DNA of 64,000 nucleotides from an uncultured bacterium (GCA_964439935.1 CAYTPW010000003.1:114959-178958), one strand, 5' to 3'; positions 29,794 through 40,705 are shown, counted from the first letter of the stretch. Program-made: numbers and translations. The notes: generated by a model not told the origin, from the letters alone.

Positions 29794-31260
29794 GTGAAAA
29801 TCATGCGGAATATTATTAAACTTATTATTTGTATATTGATCTTAATTTCAGTCAATTGTGAGATGAAGAAATCCACCAGCAGTATTCCTTTCGACTTGCC
29901 TGAACCGACCCTGAAACCGTCAATCTTTGCCGCTCAGCACATTTCGATCACCGGAGCTGATGAGCGGGATATCTGCATATCAAGTACTGGGGATGAGATT
30001 TATTTTTCACGAAATGCTAATATCATGGTAGTAAAAAAAGTTGGCAAAACCTGGGGTGAGGCAACAGCAGCGGAATTCTCAAGTGAATTCCCGGAATTTG
30101 AAGCTCAGCTCACACCGGATGGAAACAGTGTGTATTTTATTTCGCGCCGCCCACTAAGCGGAACCGGAGAAGCTGAAGATTGGCAGATTTGGTATTCCAA
30201 ACGTCAGGAGACCAGCTGGTTGGAACCCCTGAGGTTTAATGATAAAATGGATTTTTACCCCACTTTCACAACCAATGGCTACATGTATTTTACTGACGCG
30301 CAGAATGATATTTACCGCATTGCATTTTCCAACAATCAAACTGGAGATCGGGAGAAATTACCGGAAGTGATCAATACCTATCAGGCGGAATACAACGCTT
30401 TTATTGCTTCTGATGAGAGTTATCTTATTTACACCAGTCATAACCAATCAGGTGAACTTGGTGGAGGGGATCTTTACATTAATTTTCGGAATGAAGATGG
30501 CAGTTGGGGGTCGGTACGGCATATGGGACCGGGAGTTAATTCTCCCACCCTTGATTACTGTCCCTATGTGAGCCCGGATGGGAAATATTTCTTTTTTTCC
30601 AGCCGGCGTACTGGTGAAGAGGATATTTATTGGGTCGATGCCCAAATTATTGACGACCTGAGATCGGTAGATCTGGATTGTATCACCGGTCTGATGGCTG
30701 AACTGGACCAGGTCGTTTTAAGCCAGGCAATGGAATATTATCAGGCATTCATCGTTAAAAATGCAGACTATGCTGATTATGATGGAAGTATCCTGAATTC
30801 TTTGAAAAACAGGCTGTTGGAAAATGGCCAAATTGAGCAAGCCCAAGCTACACTGAACTATTACATCAATGAATACCCGGATTATCAGCACTGGTTATCG
30901 GCATTGGAGAAAGCAATATTAACGAACTCGTTAGTTACTATAAATGCAGTTTATGACACACTGGTTGCCAGGCGTAGTGAATTGCCACAGAATTTTGAGC
31001 AGCAGGTAAATTCACTGGGCTATCGCTACCTGCGATTCCGGTCAATCCTGCTGGCCCGAGCAATTTTCAAGCTAAACACGCAGTTGTTTCCCAATTCCTT
31101 CAATGTTTTTGATAGTTATGGTGAAATATTATTGGCTTCCGGGGATACAATCCGGGCGCTGTCAAACTACCGCAAATCACTGGAATTGAATCCCGAGAAC
31201 ACCAATGCTGAAAATATTCTAAAACAATTGAATTTCGAATCCCGATCACTTCCCGAATAA
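29794..31260 (+). CDS. Secreted PD40/TolB-like beta-propeller repeat protein with C-terminal TPR region
   Basis: Repeated ..PDG..vYF.SRR.. units (TPDGNSVYFISRR, SPDGKYFFFSSRR). TPR-like C-terminal third. Signal peptide. Confidence 0.6.
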   Translation: MKIMRNIIKLIICILILISVNCEMKKSTSSIPFDLPEPTLKPSIFAAQHISITGADERDICISSTGDEIYFSRNANIMVVKKVGKTWGEATAAEFSSEFPEFEAQLTPDGNSVYFISRRPLSGTGEAEDWQIWYSKRQETSWLEPLRFNDKMDFYPTFTTNGYMYFTDAQNDIYRIAFSNNQTGDREKLPEVINTYQAEYNAFIASDESYLIYTSHNQSGELGGGDLYINFRNEDGSWGSVRHMGPGVNSPTLDYCPYVSPDGKYFFFSSRRTGEEDIYWVDAQIIDDLRSVDLDCITGLMAELDQVVLSQAMEYYQAFIVKNADYADYDGSILNSLKNRLLENGQIEQAQATLNYYINEYPDYQHWLSALEKAILTNSLVTINAVYDTLVARRSELPQNFEQQVNSLGYRYLRFRSILLARAIFKLNTQLFPNSFNVFDSYGEILLASGDTIRALSNYRKSLELNPENTNAENILKQLNFESRSLPE

Positions 31261-31393
31261 TGGGTAGTAAAGTAAAATTGAGTAGTTTATTTCAATCTTC
31301 CTATCAGGTGGTGAATGTAATTTCACCCCGAATTTTGCAGGTGAAAACTGAATATGTCAGGTAATTTACATCGACCCGACACAACTCATCATT

Positions 31394-33496
31394 ATGAGGC
31401 GTACTACCGTGAAACATCTTTATTTGCTAACGTTATTCATTGTTTGCATTATGGGCTCTAATTCTGATCCAAACCCATTATTAAGCCAGTGGAATACTCC
31501 ATTTGAGGTACCCCCGTTTGATCAAATAGAAGTCAAGCATTACTTGCCGGCGCTTATGGCTGGAATTGAACAGGAAAAGCTGGAAATTGAGTCAATAACT
31601 AATAATCAGGAACCACCTGATTTTACTAATACAATTGAGGCATATGAAGCAACGGGTCAATTACTTGAACGGGTTGAGAATGTTTTTGGCAACATCACTT
31701 CCACAGATGCAACGGACGAACTGGATGTCATCCGACGTGAATTTCGTCCTATTAAATCACGACATCGTGATGATATCCTACTGGACAAAAAACTTTTCCA
31801 ACGAATCAAAGATGTCCATAATAAACAAAACAGGAGTCTTTTAACCGTTGAACAGAATACCTTACTGGAAAAAATATACCAGGATTTCGTACGTAATGGT
31901 GCCAGCCTTGCAGAAGCGGAAAAAGTAGTACTGCGTCAGATAAATGAAGATTTAGCTATGTTAACCATGGAGTTTGGCCAAAATATCCGCAAGGAAATAG
32001 AAACCTGGGAGATGGTCCTTGAAAATGAAACTGATCTGGTAGGACTGCCAGAACGTGTAGTACAAATGGCTGCTCAATTAGCAGAAGAACGGGGAAAATC
32101 CGGCAAATGGCTGTTTACCCTGGATAAACCCAGCTGGATTCCATTTCTTCAGTTTTCCGAGCGCCGGGATCTGCGGGAGAAGATCTACAATGGTTATATC
32201 AACCGGGGGAATAACAACGATCAACTAGATAATAATACACGAATAAATAAAATCGTAAACTTGCGAATAAAAAGAGCTAATCTATTGGGCTATACCACTC
32301 ATGCTGATTACGTATTAGAACGTAGCATGGCAGAAAATCCAGCCAATGTCTATGATTTATTGAATAGATTATGGAAACCTGCCTTGAGACGAGCGAAAGC
32401 TGAAGCAGCGGAATTCCAGGCTTTGATCGATCGAAATGGCGGAGATTTCAAGCTGCAGTCCTGGGACTGGTGGTATTATGCTGAAAAATTACGTAAAGAA
32501 AAATATGATCTTAATGAAAGTCAACTTCGACCCTATTTCGAAATCAATAATGTGCGCGATGGGGCCTTTACTGTTGCTAATAAGTTGTATGGAATTACGT
32601 TTGAAGAGCGTGCGGATATTCCGGTTTATCAACCCGAAGTAAAGGTCTTTGAGGTCAAAGAATCTGACGGTACCTATATCGGATTGTTGTACACCGATTA
32701 TCATCCGCGGGTCGGAAAATATTCCGGTGCTTGGGCCAGCGGTTTTCGCAGTCAATCCAACCGCAATAATAACTGGGTAACGCCGATCAGCATCAATGTC
32801 TGCAACCTTTCCAGTGCCACCGTTGATCAGCCGGCCTTAATCAGTTTCAGTGAAGTTGAAACGCTGTTCCATGAATTCGGTCATGCCCTCCATGGATTGC
32901 TCCGAAACCGGACTTACGCCAATCAGGTAATGCCCCGGGATTTTGTTGAGCTACCCAGTCAAATAATGGAAAACTGGGCGGTGGAACCGACGATCTTGAA
33001 ACTGTATGCCCGTCATTACCTGACCGGTGATCCATTACCGGATGAATTGATTGATAAACTGGCTGCCTCCAGTCTACATAATCAGGGTTTTAAAATGACG
33101 GAATACCTGGCCGCATCGCTTTTGGATATGGATTGGCACACGCTTGGTGAACCAACCGATCAGAATCCGATCGAATTTGAAAATGCTTCTTTTGAAGTAA
33201 TGGGTTTGATCCCGGAGATAATTTCTCGCTATCGCAGTCCTTATTTTAATCACATATTCTCCGGTGGCTATTCGGCAGGTTATTACAGTTATATCTGGGC
33301 CCAGGTTCTGGATGCTGACGCATTCCAGGCGTTTAAGGACAGTGATCTGTTCGATCAGGAGCTGGCAGGCCGCTTCCGGAAATATGTGCTTGGTTTAAGC
33401 GGTACCAGGGATGCTATGGAAATCTATCGTGAATTCCGCGGACAGGATCCACAGATTGAACCATTGCTGATTAAACGGGGGTTGTTCGAGGAATAG
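31394..33496 (+). CDS. dcp: M3A peptidyl-dipeptidase Dcp / oligopeptidase A-like zinc peptidase
   Basis: HEFGHALH zinc motif, overall M3 architecture, 700 aa, hydrophobic N-terminal leader. Confidence 0.85.
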   Translation: MRRTTVKHLYLLTLFIVCIMGSNSDPNPLLSQWNTPFEVPPFDQIEVKHYLPALMAGIEQEKLEIESITNNQEPPDFTNTIEAYEATGQLLERVENVFGNITSTDATDELDVIRREFRPIKSRHRDDILLDKKLFQRIKDVHNKQNRSLLTVEQNTLLEKIYQDFVRNGASLAEAEKVVLRQINEDLAMLTMEFGQNIRKEIETWEMVLENETDLVGLPERVVQMAAQLAEERGKSGKWLFTLDKPSWIPFLQFSERRDLREKIYNGYINRGNNNDQLDNNTRINKIVNLRIKRANLLGYTTHADYVLERSMAENPANVYDLLNRLWKPALRRAKAEAAEFQALIDRNGGDFKLQSWDWWYYAEKLRKEKYDLNESQLRPYFEINNVRDGAFTVANKLYGITFEERADIPVYQPEVKVFEVKESDGTYIGLLYTDYHPRVGKYSGAWASGFRSQSNRNNNWVTPISINVCNLSSATVDQPALISFSEVETLFHEFGHALHGLLRNRTYANQVMPRDFVELPSQIMENWAVEPTILKLYARHYLTGDPLPDELIDKLAASSLHNQGFKMTEYLAASLLDMDWHTLGEPTDQNPIEFENASFEVMGLIPEIISRYRSPYFNHIFSGGYSAGYYSYIWAQVLDADAFQAFKDSDLFDQELAGRFRKYVLGLSGTRDAMEIYREFRGQDPQIEPLLIKRGLFEE

Positions 33497-33584
33497 GGAA
33501 ATAATTTCAGAACCGATCGATAAACAAACAAAATATTGATCTTTATAAATTGCACCTGCTGCAATTGGGTAACTGGAATTGTAA

Positions 33585-34454
33585 TTAAATCTTACCTTCC
33601 GTATTTATGGAGCGATAGAAACTCCGCATTTCCACTACCATATCTCCGCTGTGGGTATGTGTATTGGTTTCCATATCTAGGTAGGTGCAGTTTGGGAGCT
33701 GGGGTGTCATCTTGGCCAGGTTACCCGGTTCATGCAGGTGATCGGTCGCTGCTCCGATAATCAGGGTTGGGACGTTAATCCCGGGTAAGATATCCCAGAT
33801 TTCATATTTCGCCAGGGATAGAGCAGCCCGTTTCAAACGATAAGGATCAGTATCATCCAGATTTTGGCAATATTTTTCATACTGATCAGCATCTGCTTCC
33901 GTGTCCAGCCTAAATGTTCTCAAATACCATTTTAAAAATATTCTCAACAGTGAATAGTAACGTAGCGGAAAAAGATGGATTAATAGTTTCCCCCACCAGG
34001 GCACCCGGAAAACGGCATTGGGTCCGATCAGGATTAAAGCCAACGGTGTCCGTTCAAGATCCTGGCAGGCATGAAGAATTGCGGTTCCTCCTAGTGAGCT
34101 GCCCAGCATAATATATTTTTTATCACGAAGCTTGAAATGTTTGATCAAGTAAATCAGGTCATTAGCTATCACTTCGACACTCAATTCATCTTTCCTAGGG
34201 ATAATTGCTGACAGCTTGTCACGCGTTTCCACATAATAGACTTTATGGTCCCGGGTCATTTCCAGCAATGCATGCTTCCAACTGGTGACCCGTGAAATCC
34301 AGCCGGGAACAAAAAATATATTTGGTTGGGCGGTAGACACTGGTGGAATAATTGTCATTACCCGCAGAGATACGGTATCTGAAATTGATATCAGCTCATC
34401 CTGGATTTGACATCCGGGAGCGCAATACTGCTCGATATCGAACATGTTATCCAA
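33585..34454 (-). CDS. Alpha/beta hydrolase
   Basis: Nucleophile elbow LGSSLGG, and a C-terminal His region. 289 aa. Confidence 0.7.
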   Translation of the reverse strand: MDNMFDIEQYCAPGCQIQDELISISDTVSLRVMTIIPPVSTAQPNIFFVPGWISRVTSWKHALLEMTRDHKVYYVETRDKLSAIIPRKDELSVEVIANDLIYLIKHFKLRDKKYIMLGSSLGGTAILHACQDLERTPLALILIGPNAVFRVPWWGKLLIHLFPLRYYSLLRIFLKWYLRTFRLDTEADADQYEKYCQNLDDTDPYRLKRAALSLAKYEIWDILPGINVPTLIIGAATDHLHEPGNLAKMTPQLPNCTYLDMETNTHTHSGDMVVEMRSFYRSINTEGKI

Positions 34455-34474
34455 TACGGATAAATCTTTGCAGT

Positions 34475-35419
34475 TTACATGACAACCCTGATCGCCTGTT
34501 TCATTACCGAGTAGCGGGCTGGAGGATAGCCGATGATCTCACCGTCGGTTTCGATGCAGATCCTGGATTTGGAATCGATTTCAAGTTTACTGCAGCGCCA
34601 ATGGTGAGCGCATTCCTTCTTCAAAACTGTTCCAGTATATAATGTAGGTATTAAAGCCAACAACCTCAGACGTGACAGGGGATCCACCAGCGCCACATCT
34701 ACCATCCCGTCGTCCTGGATACAATCAATGCCATAATTCATTCCACCACCAAAATAACCGGTTTTAAAGACGGTCAGATTGCTCATGAAATCACCTTCCC
34801 GAATTACACCATCAACTTTGATCTGACAATCGATAGGCTCGAATTCACGGATGGCGCTCAAACCGGCTAGAATAGCAGCGGCATCGACGCTTAACTGCTT
34901 GATCAGTTTGGAGAATCCGGTCACTTTATTGTATTTATCCCCACCCGAACTGATGATACCAATACTGGAATTATTAATGAAATAGCGGCTTGTATTAGAA
35001 TTATTCATATCCAGACAATCCACCCGGCAGATATCGATTTTAGTTGTTTCCTGGCTGGCGAATCGCTCCAGCATGCTGCGGTTACCTGGGAATTTCCGGG
35101 CAAAATCACAGCTGCTGCCGGCGGGAAAATAAACTAATTGCAGATCAGATGTCACCTGTTCGCCATATTGAGCGAGGCCCTGGAGAGTCTCGTTGAGAGT
35201 ACCATCCCCGCCAAAAACAGCAATGCGCTTGAAACCGTCGCGAATCAAACCAGCAGCGATATCAGTGGCATGGGTTGGTTGCTCGGTCAATTTATATTCG
35301 AATCGCTGGTGATTTGCTTCTAGCTGGTTTTTGAATTTTTTCCAGCGCTTGGCTGCCAGTCCTTCGCCAGCGGCGGGATTGCAGATGATAAAAGTGCGGT
35401 TGGTAATTACCTGCTCCAT
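34475..35419 (-). CDS. Diacylglycerol kinase-family lipid kinase (YegS/BmrU-like)
   Basis: DAGK catalytic-domain motifs IICNPAAG and VFGGDGTLNE. Confidence 0.8.
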   Translation of the reverse strand: MEQVITNRTFIICNPAAGEGLAAKRWKKFKNQLEANHQRFEYKLTEQPTHATDIAAGLIRDGFKRIAVFGGDGTLNETLQGLAQYGEQVTSDLQLVYFPAGSSCDFARKFPGNRSMLERFASQETTKIDICRVDCLDMNNSNTSRYFINNSSIGIISSGGDKYNKVTGFSKLIKQLSVDAAAILAGLSAIREFEPIDCQIKVDGVIREGDFMSNLTVFKTGYFGGGMNYGIDCIQDDGMVDVALVDPLSRLRLLALIPTLYTGTVLKKECAHHWRCSKLEIDSKSRICIETDGEIIGYPPARYSVMKQAIRVVM

Positions 35420-35727
35420 AATTCCCTAACGAGTTGATTGCCTTAAACTATGAACAATATCAAGTTAGTCGCAAAGTAAGAATTTATCTGTTTCGGAGTA
35501 GTTGATTTTAATCAACACGGATATCGAAATACTCTCGCTTAGATTATTTCATTTAAGGAATTAATTTTTCTCTGACAACCAAAAGCATTCAGGGGCGTCT
35601 TAGGTTGATGGTTATTAACTCTGGTAGAGAGAGTACGTCCGTTTTATGAAAAAAGAATCTTCTAAACTGACGGTTATCTTTATCTGTTACCAATTCAAAT
35701 GAACCTGATTTTGAAAGGAGAGCACCC

Positions 35728-37590
35728 ATGAAATCCAGAATTATTCTATCTGGAATATTAGTTCTAGCTTGTTTTTCACCTATTCTTGCGCAGAGTGATA
35801 TACCTCAGCGAAGTGACATCGAAATACAGTATCAGTGGAATTTGCAGGACATTTACCCAACTGTCGATGACTGGGAAAATGATTTTAAAATTGTTGAATC
35901 CGGATTATCAGAATTTTCGAAATTTAATGGCAAATTAAAGTCATCCGGCTCTATGATCCTTAAATGTCTCGAACTGGATTCCAAATTATCGCTGAAGATC
36001 GATAATCTTTATGTTTATGCTGGATTATTGAAAGATGAGGATACGCGGATATCGGATAACCAGGCTCTGAATGATCGTGCGCGGGGATTGTATGTGAAAT
36101 ATGGTGAAGCAACTTCTTTCATTCTGCCTGAACTCCAGACCATTCCTGAGAAAAAATTAAATAAATTTATTGTGAAAACACCGGGTCTTGAGGTTTATAG
36201 ATTTTTCTTCGATAATCTGATTCGTCAGCGGGAACACACACTGTCATCCAAAGAGGAAGAATTACTGGCAATGGCCGGTGACCTGTTTCGTGGACCCAGG
36301 AAGATCCATGAGGCACTCACCACTACAGATATGGTGTTTCCGATGGTAAAAGATGAGGATGGTTCTGAAATTCGGCTGACCCGGGGACGTTATTCCAAGT
36401 TATTGCAGTCCCGTGATCCGGAAATTCGCCGTGGTGCCTTTCTGGGACGGACCGAAGCATTCGATAAAGTCAAGAATACCAACGCTGCCGTCTTTGATAC
36501 CTATCTGAAAAAGGATCTCTTCATCAGCCGCGCCCGCAAGTACAATAGCACTCTGGAGATGTCTCTGGATGCGGATAATGTACCAGTCGGGGTTTTTAAT
36601 AATTTACTAAATACAGCCTATGATAATGTTGGTGCTTTAAATCGTTATATGGAATTACGCCGCAAAGTTATGGGATTGGATGAAATTCATCTTTACGATA
36701 CGGCCGTTCCAATTGTCGAGGATGTCAGTCTGGATGTAGCTTATAACGATGCGGTCGCGACACTGATTAAGGCCTTTGAACCAATGGGTGAAGAATATGT
36801 TGAAATGGTGAAAAAAGGTTTCGCTTCCCATTGGGTCGATGTATATGAAACAGAGGCAAAACGGAGTGGGGCTTACTCCTGGGGTACCTACAGCTCGCAT
36901 CCTTATATACTGATGAATTACAATGACACGCAAAGGGCTATGTTTACCCTGGCACATGAAATGGGTCATGCCATGCATAGTTATTATTCCAATGCGATCC
37001 AGCCCTATCCAACATCCGGTTACACCCTGTTTGTTGCTGAAGTGGCCTCTACCTTTAATGAAGCATTGCTGATGGATTATCTGTTGAAAAATACTGACGA
37101 TCCCAAATTGAAACTGGCTTTACTGGATCGCTGGGTCAATAATTTCCTGGGTACCGTATTCACCCAGATCATCTTTTCGGAGTTTGAGCGTAACGCTCAT
37201 CAGATGGCAGGCGAAGGGAATCCCGTAACGGTGGAATCATTGAATCAGGCTTACTTCGATGTTGAAGATAAATGGTATGGCGATGTAGCCGTAATTGATG
37301 ACGGATATAAACTGAACTGGGGTCGGATTCCCCATTTTTACCGCCGCTTTTATGTCTATAAATATGCCATCAGTTACTGTGCTTCTGCAGCCTTATCTAA
37401 AGCGGTTTTGGAAGGACGTGAAGGCGCCCTGGAGAATTACATGAATTTTCTGAAATCAGGAGGCAACGATTATCCGATCGAACAGCTGAAAGCTGCTGGC
37501 GTGGATCTTTCATCGCCGCAGCCGATTGAAGATGCAATGACTCTTTTCAACGATCTGGTAGCTCAAATGGAAGAATTGCTCCTGGATTGA
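35728..37590 (+). CDS. pepF: M3B oligoendopeptidase F, with signal peptide
   Basis: HEMGHAMH zinc motif and PepF-like length and sequence. N-terminal signal (ILSGILVLACFSPILAQ). Confidence 0.85.
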   Translation: MKSRIILSGILVLACFSPILAQSDIPQRSDIEIQYQWNLQDIYPTVDDWENDFKIVESGLSEFSKFNGKLKSSGSMILKCLELDSKLSLKIDNLYVYAGLLKDEDTRISDNQALNDRARGLYVKYGEATSFILPELQTIPEKKLNKFIVKTPGLEVYRFFFDNLIRQREHTLSSKEEELLAMAGDLFRGPRKIHEALTTTDMVFPMVKDEDGSEIRLTRGRYSKLLQSRDPEIRRGAFLGRTEAFDKVKNTNAAVFDTYLKKDLFISRARKYNSTLEMSLDADNVPVGVFNNLLNTAYDNVGALNRYMELRRKVMGLDEIHLYDTAVPIVEDVSLDVAYNDAVATLIKAFEPMGEEYVEMVKKGFASHWVDVYETEAKRSGAYSWGTYSSHPYILMNYNDTQRAMFTLAHEMGHAMHSYYSNAIQPYPTSGYTLFVAEVASTFNEALLMDYLLKNTDDPKLKLALLDRWVNNFLGTVFTQIIFSEFERNAHQMAGEGNPVTVESLNQAYFDVEDKWYGDVAVIDDGYKLNWGRIPHFYRRFYVYKYAISYCASAALSKAVLEGREGALENYMNFLKSGGNDYPIEQLKAAGVDLSSPQPIEDAMTLFNDLVAQMEELLLD

Positions 37591-37615
37591 AAATTGTGAT
37601 TATCTGAGTACTACA

Positions 37616-37644
37616 ATGACCCTGCAAATTGCAGGATCATTTTT
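37616..37644 (+). terminator. Rho-independent terminator after pepF
   Basis: ATGACCCTGCA-AAT-TGCAGGATCAT (11-bp stem, one mismatch) followed by TTTTT, 26 nt after the stop. Confidence 0.65.
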
Positions 37645-37745
37645 CAGTATTTATTCCAACTCATTTTGAATTCATCTGACTATGCTTTTACTACTAAATT
37701 TGTCCAGATCATTAGTTGAATAAACCATAAATAAGTGAGTTGATC

Positions 37746-39779
37746 ATGTCCCGACCTGTTAAAATAATGATATTTTCATGTCTTTTAATCCTGATTCAAT
37801 GCCAGTCACGATTATCTAAAGAACTAAGCATAACTGATGACATCAGAAAAAATACCGTAGCTGTGTTGGTAGAGAAATATGGCGAGGATAATCTTGAACG
37901 GATTGAGACTGGTGTCGGTCAGGTAGCTGGGCAATGGTTAGCAAGCGACGGCAGCTCAGATCAATTTCAGGAATTCTGTGTTACCAATTTTACTGTTGAT
38001 CAGAATGTATTGGAAACTTCCTTTGCGCAGTTAGAGGAATCGCTGGAAAATATCAGCGGTCACTTGACCGAAATGGGACGGGAATTGCGCTGGGACCTGG
38101 ATGTGAATACCCGGCCGTTGCTGCCGATCGATTATTTGTTGGGAAGCCTGAGTCTGGGCAGTCACCTGAATGATGATTTTTACACAACTAAGATAGCTTT
38201 CTGGGTGCTGCTGAATTACCCGGTAAAGGTGCTGAATGAATGCCTGACAGAGGGACAGGATTGGTCCCGTCAGAAATGGGCCGAAGTACGATTGGCCCAG
38301 CGTTTTGCGGTACGTGTCCCGGGGGAAATGAGTCAGGCTGTTCACGATGCCTATATCACGGGAGATAATTATATCAGTGGTTATAATATTTATCTGGGAA
38401 ATTTGCTGACTGAGGATGGTCGCAGGTTATTCCCGAAGGATTTGCGATTGATTTCTCACTGGGGCATCCGCGATGAGCTTAAAGCGCAATACGCACAGGA
38501 AGGCGGACTGGATCGGCAGCGGATGATTTACGATGTGATGGAGCGTATCATCACCCAGAAGATACCTGAAGTCGTTATCGATAATCCTGATGTCGATTGG
38601 ATTGTAGCCACTAATGAGGTTCGGGGTGCGAGTACCGATAATACCCCAGAACCAGATACCCGTTACCAGCACTTAGGCAATTTTTATCGGGCTGTAAAAC
38701 TGGCCGATCCCTATTATTCCGACTATCCAACTTTCGTGGAGCGTAGTTTTAATCAAGTACGGGAAATACCGGAAGAATCGGTGCGATCGCTGTTCACGGA
38801 ATTACTGTCTTCGGATGAATTTGGACGGATCGGTGAATTAATTAAGCAGCGGCTGGGGCGCGATCTGGAACCATTTGATATTTGGTACAAAGGTTTTCGC
38901 AGCCAGACGACTCCCGACGAAACCAAGCTGGATAAAATTACAGTAGCCAAATATCCCACAGCGGAAGTCTTCCGGTCCGATCTGCCAAATATCCTGATAA
39001 GTCTTGGATTCGATTATTCCACCGCTCAATTTCTCCACTCCAAAATTGAAGTCGACGCAGCCCGGGGGGTTGGCCATGCTATGGGTGCTGACCGCCGATC
39101 CGATAATGCCCACCTGCGAACCAGAGTTACCGAAAGCGGCATGGATTATAAAGGTTACAATATAGCAATCCATGAACTTGGACATAATGTTGAACAGGTT
39201 TTCAGCCTTAACCGGATTGATCATACTCTTTTACAAGGTGTCCCTAACACCGCTTTCACCGAAGCTTTTGCATTTGTTTTCCAGAGCCGCGACCTGGATT
39301 TGTTGGATTATGAAACACCGGTAAGCGACACTCCCGACTTTTACGCCCTTCACCGCTTATGGTCGGTCTGTGAAATTGGGGCAGTTGCTTTAGTTGATAT
39401 GGATGTCTGGCACTGGATGTACAATCATCCGGATTTTACTCCAGCCGAACTAAAAGTGGCGGTAATCGAAATCGCCCAGTCCATCTGGAACGAATTTTTC
39501 TACCCGGTTCTGGGTCATCAGGATGCTCCGATCCTGGCCATCTATTCCCATATGATCGACAATGGATTATATCTCCCTAATTATCCGCTGGGACATATAA
39601 TCGAATACCAGATCGAAGAATACATACACGGGAAAAATCTGGGCCAGGAAATGGAACGGATGTGTATAATTGGAAACCTAACGCCGGAGCTATGGATGCA
39701 GCAGGCGGTGGGGAGCTCGATTTCGGTTCAGCCGATCCTGGATGCTGCGCGTGAGGTTCTAGATAATATTACAATGTAA
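37746..39779 (+). CDS. Uncharacterised putative zinc metallopeptidase (gluzincin-like HExxH), probable lipoprotein
   Basis: Leader MIFSCLLILIQC. A single HExxH (IAIHELGHNVEQ) with a Glu about 30 aa downstream (NTAFTEAFAF). I could not recognise any family. Confidence 0.5.
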   Translation: MSRPVKIMIFSCLLILIQCQSRLSKELSITDDIRKNTVAVLVEKYGEDNLERIETGVGQVAGQWLASDGSSDQFQEFCVTNFTVDQNVLETSFAQLEESLENISGHLTEMGRELRWDLDVNTRPLLPIDYLLGSLSLGSHLNDDFYTTKIAFWVLLNYPVKVLNECLTEGQDWSRQKWAEVRLAQRFAVRVPGEMSQAVHDAYITGDNYISGYNIYLGNLLTEDGRRLFPKDLRLISHWGIRDELKAQYAQEGGLDRQRMIYDVMERIITQKIPEVVIDNPDVDWIVATNEVRGASTDNTPEPDTRYQHLGNFYRAVKLADPYYSDYPTFVERSFNQVREIPEESVRSLFTELLSSDEFGRIGELIKQRLGRDLEPFDIWYKGFRSQTTPDETKLDKITVAKYPTAEVFRSDLPNILISLGFDYSTAQFLHSKIEVDAARGVGHAMGADRRSDNAHLRTRVTESGMDYKGYNIAIHELGHNVEQVFSLNRIDHTLLQGVPNTAFTEAFAFVFQSRDLDLLDYETPVSDTPDFYALHRLWSVCEIGAVALVDMDVWHWMYNHPDFTPAELKVAVIEIAQSIWNEFFYPVLGHQDAPILAIYSHMIDNGLYLPNYPLGHIIEYQIEEYIHGKNLGQEMERMCIIGNLTPELWMQQAVGSSISVQPILDAAREVLDNITM

Positions 39780-39814
39780 TCATTAAAACTAATAATAGAA
39801 CTCCTGGGACCTGT

Positions 39815-40705
39815 TTATTTATGCCTTGAGTCGACTGGACTGGTCATTTGTGAAAGTCCGACACGCTCGATCAGAGTATTATAGTCCAGCAGTTTAATCT
39901 GGTGTTTGGCTATTGTATCAAGAAACTCCTTTGATGTCAGTGCATCCAGCTCAGCCTGCCGGTGTTTGCTCATTTGCTTTAGTCCGAAAGTATTGAGATC
40001 AATTAAAGCCTGCATTTCAGGTGAATCTATTCCAATGTGACATATCAATAAGTTAATTTGATCCGAACTGATGTTAGTGATCAGCTCCACTAAATGTGAT
40101 TGCTTCTCCTCAACCGGATATTTGTACATGCTTTCCAGATCGACCTCGCCAAAATAACGGGAAATTCCGAGATTGAATTCCTGTGCCAATTGCTCAACAA
40201 TCTTGCGATGTTCCGGTTTGTCAACAGCTGTACTCATGTGATAATCCACATATTTGATATCTAAGCCAGTAGAGATTGCTCGCTCAATCTGCGCCCGCAG
40301 TTCTTTTTCGATATCTTCAATAGTTGGATTATTGGCATGGAATGTTGCCCGGGAAGGGAAAAAATATCCATAGTTGTCCACCAGACTGGGTACGGCTTCC
40401 TTTCCCAGCACCGGTCCCCAGCGATAGTTTTTCCATTCGGCATTCAGGGTCAGGTGAATACCGGTCACAACCTGGGGATTATCTTTCAGTATATCAACCG
40501 CTTCCTGATACCAGGGACAAGTAAACATTACCGAAGCTGAAAATGGCAAATCGGTTTTAATTAATTCTTTCAGGGCCGTGTTTACCGCATGAGACATTCC
40601 AATATCATCACAGCGGATCAATAATTCGGGCTTACTTTCCTGGCCAACCGCGATACTTGACAATGTTAAAACAAATATCAGGGCTTGAATTGGCGATTTT
40701 TTCAT
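39815..40705 (-). CDS. ChbG/HpnK (YdjC-like) carbohydrate deacetylase family protein, secreted
   Basis: LLIRCDDIGMSHAVNTA N-terminal motif and HLTLN / H-rich core typical of YdjC. Signal peptide. Confidence 0.65.
   Translation of the reverse strand: MKKSPIQALIFVLTLSSIAVGQESKPELLIRCDDIGMSHAVNTALKELIKTDLPFSASVMFTCPWYQEAVDILKDNPQVVTGIHLTLNAEWKNYRWGPVLGKEAVPSLVDNYGYFFPSRATFHANNPTIEDIEKELRAQIERAISTGLDIKYVDYHMSTAVDKPEHRKIVEQLAQEFNLGISRYFGEVDLESMYKYPVEEKQSHLVELITNISSDQINLLICHIGIDSPEMQALIDLNTFGLKQMSKHRQAELDALTSKEFLDTIAKHQIKLLDYNTLIERVGLSQMTSPVDSRHK

Noticed and set aside
33549-33567. Hairpin AATTGCA-CCTGC-TGCAATT between convergent dcp and the hydrolase gene, considered as a bidirectional terminator.
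   Set aside because: There is no clear U-tract on either strand, so support is insufficient.
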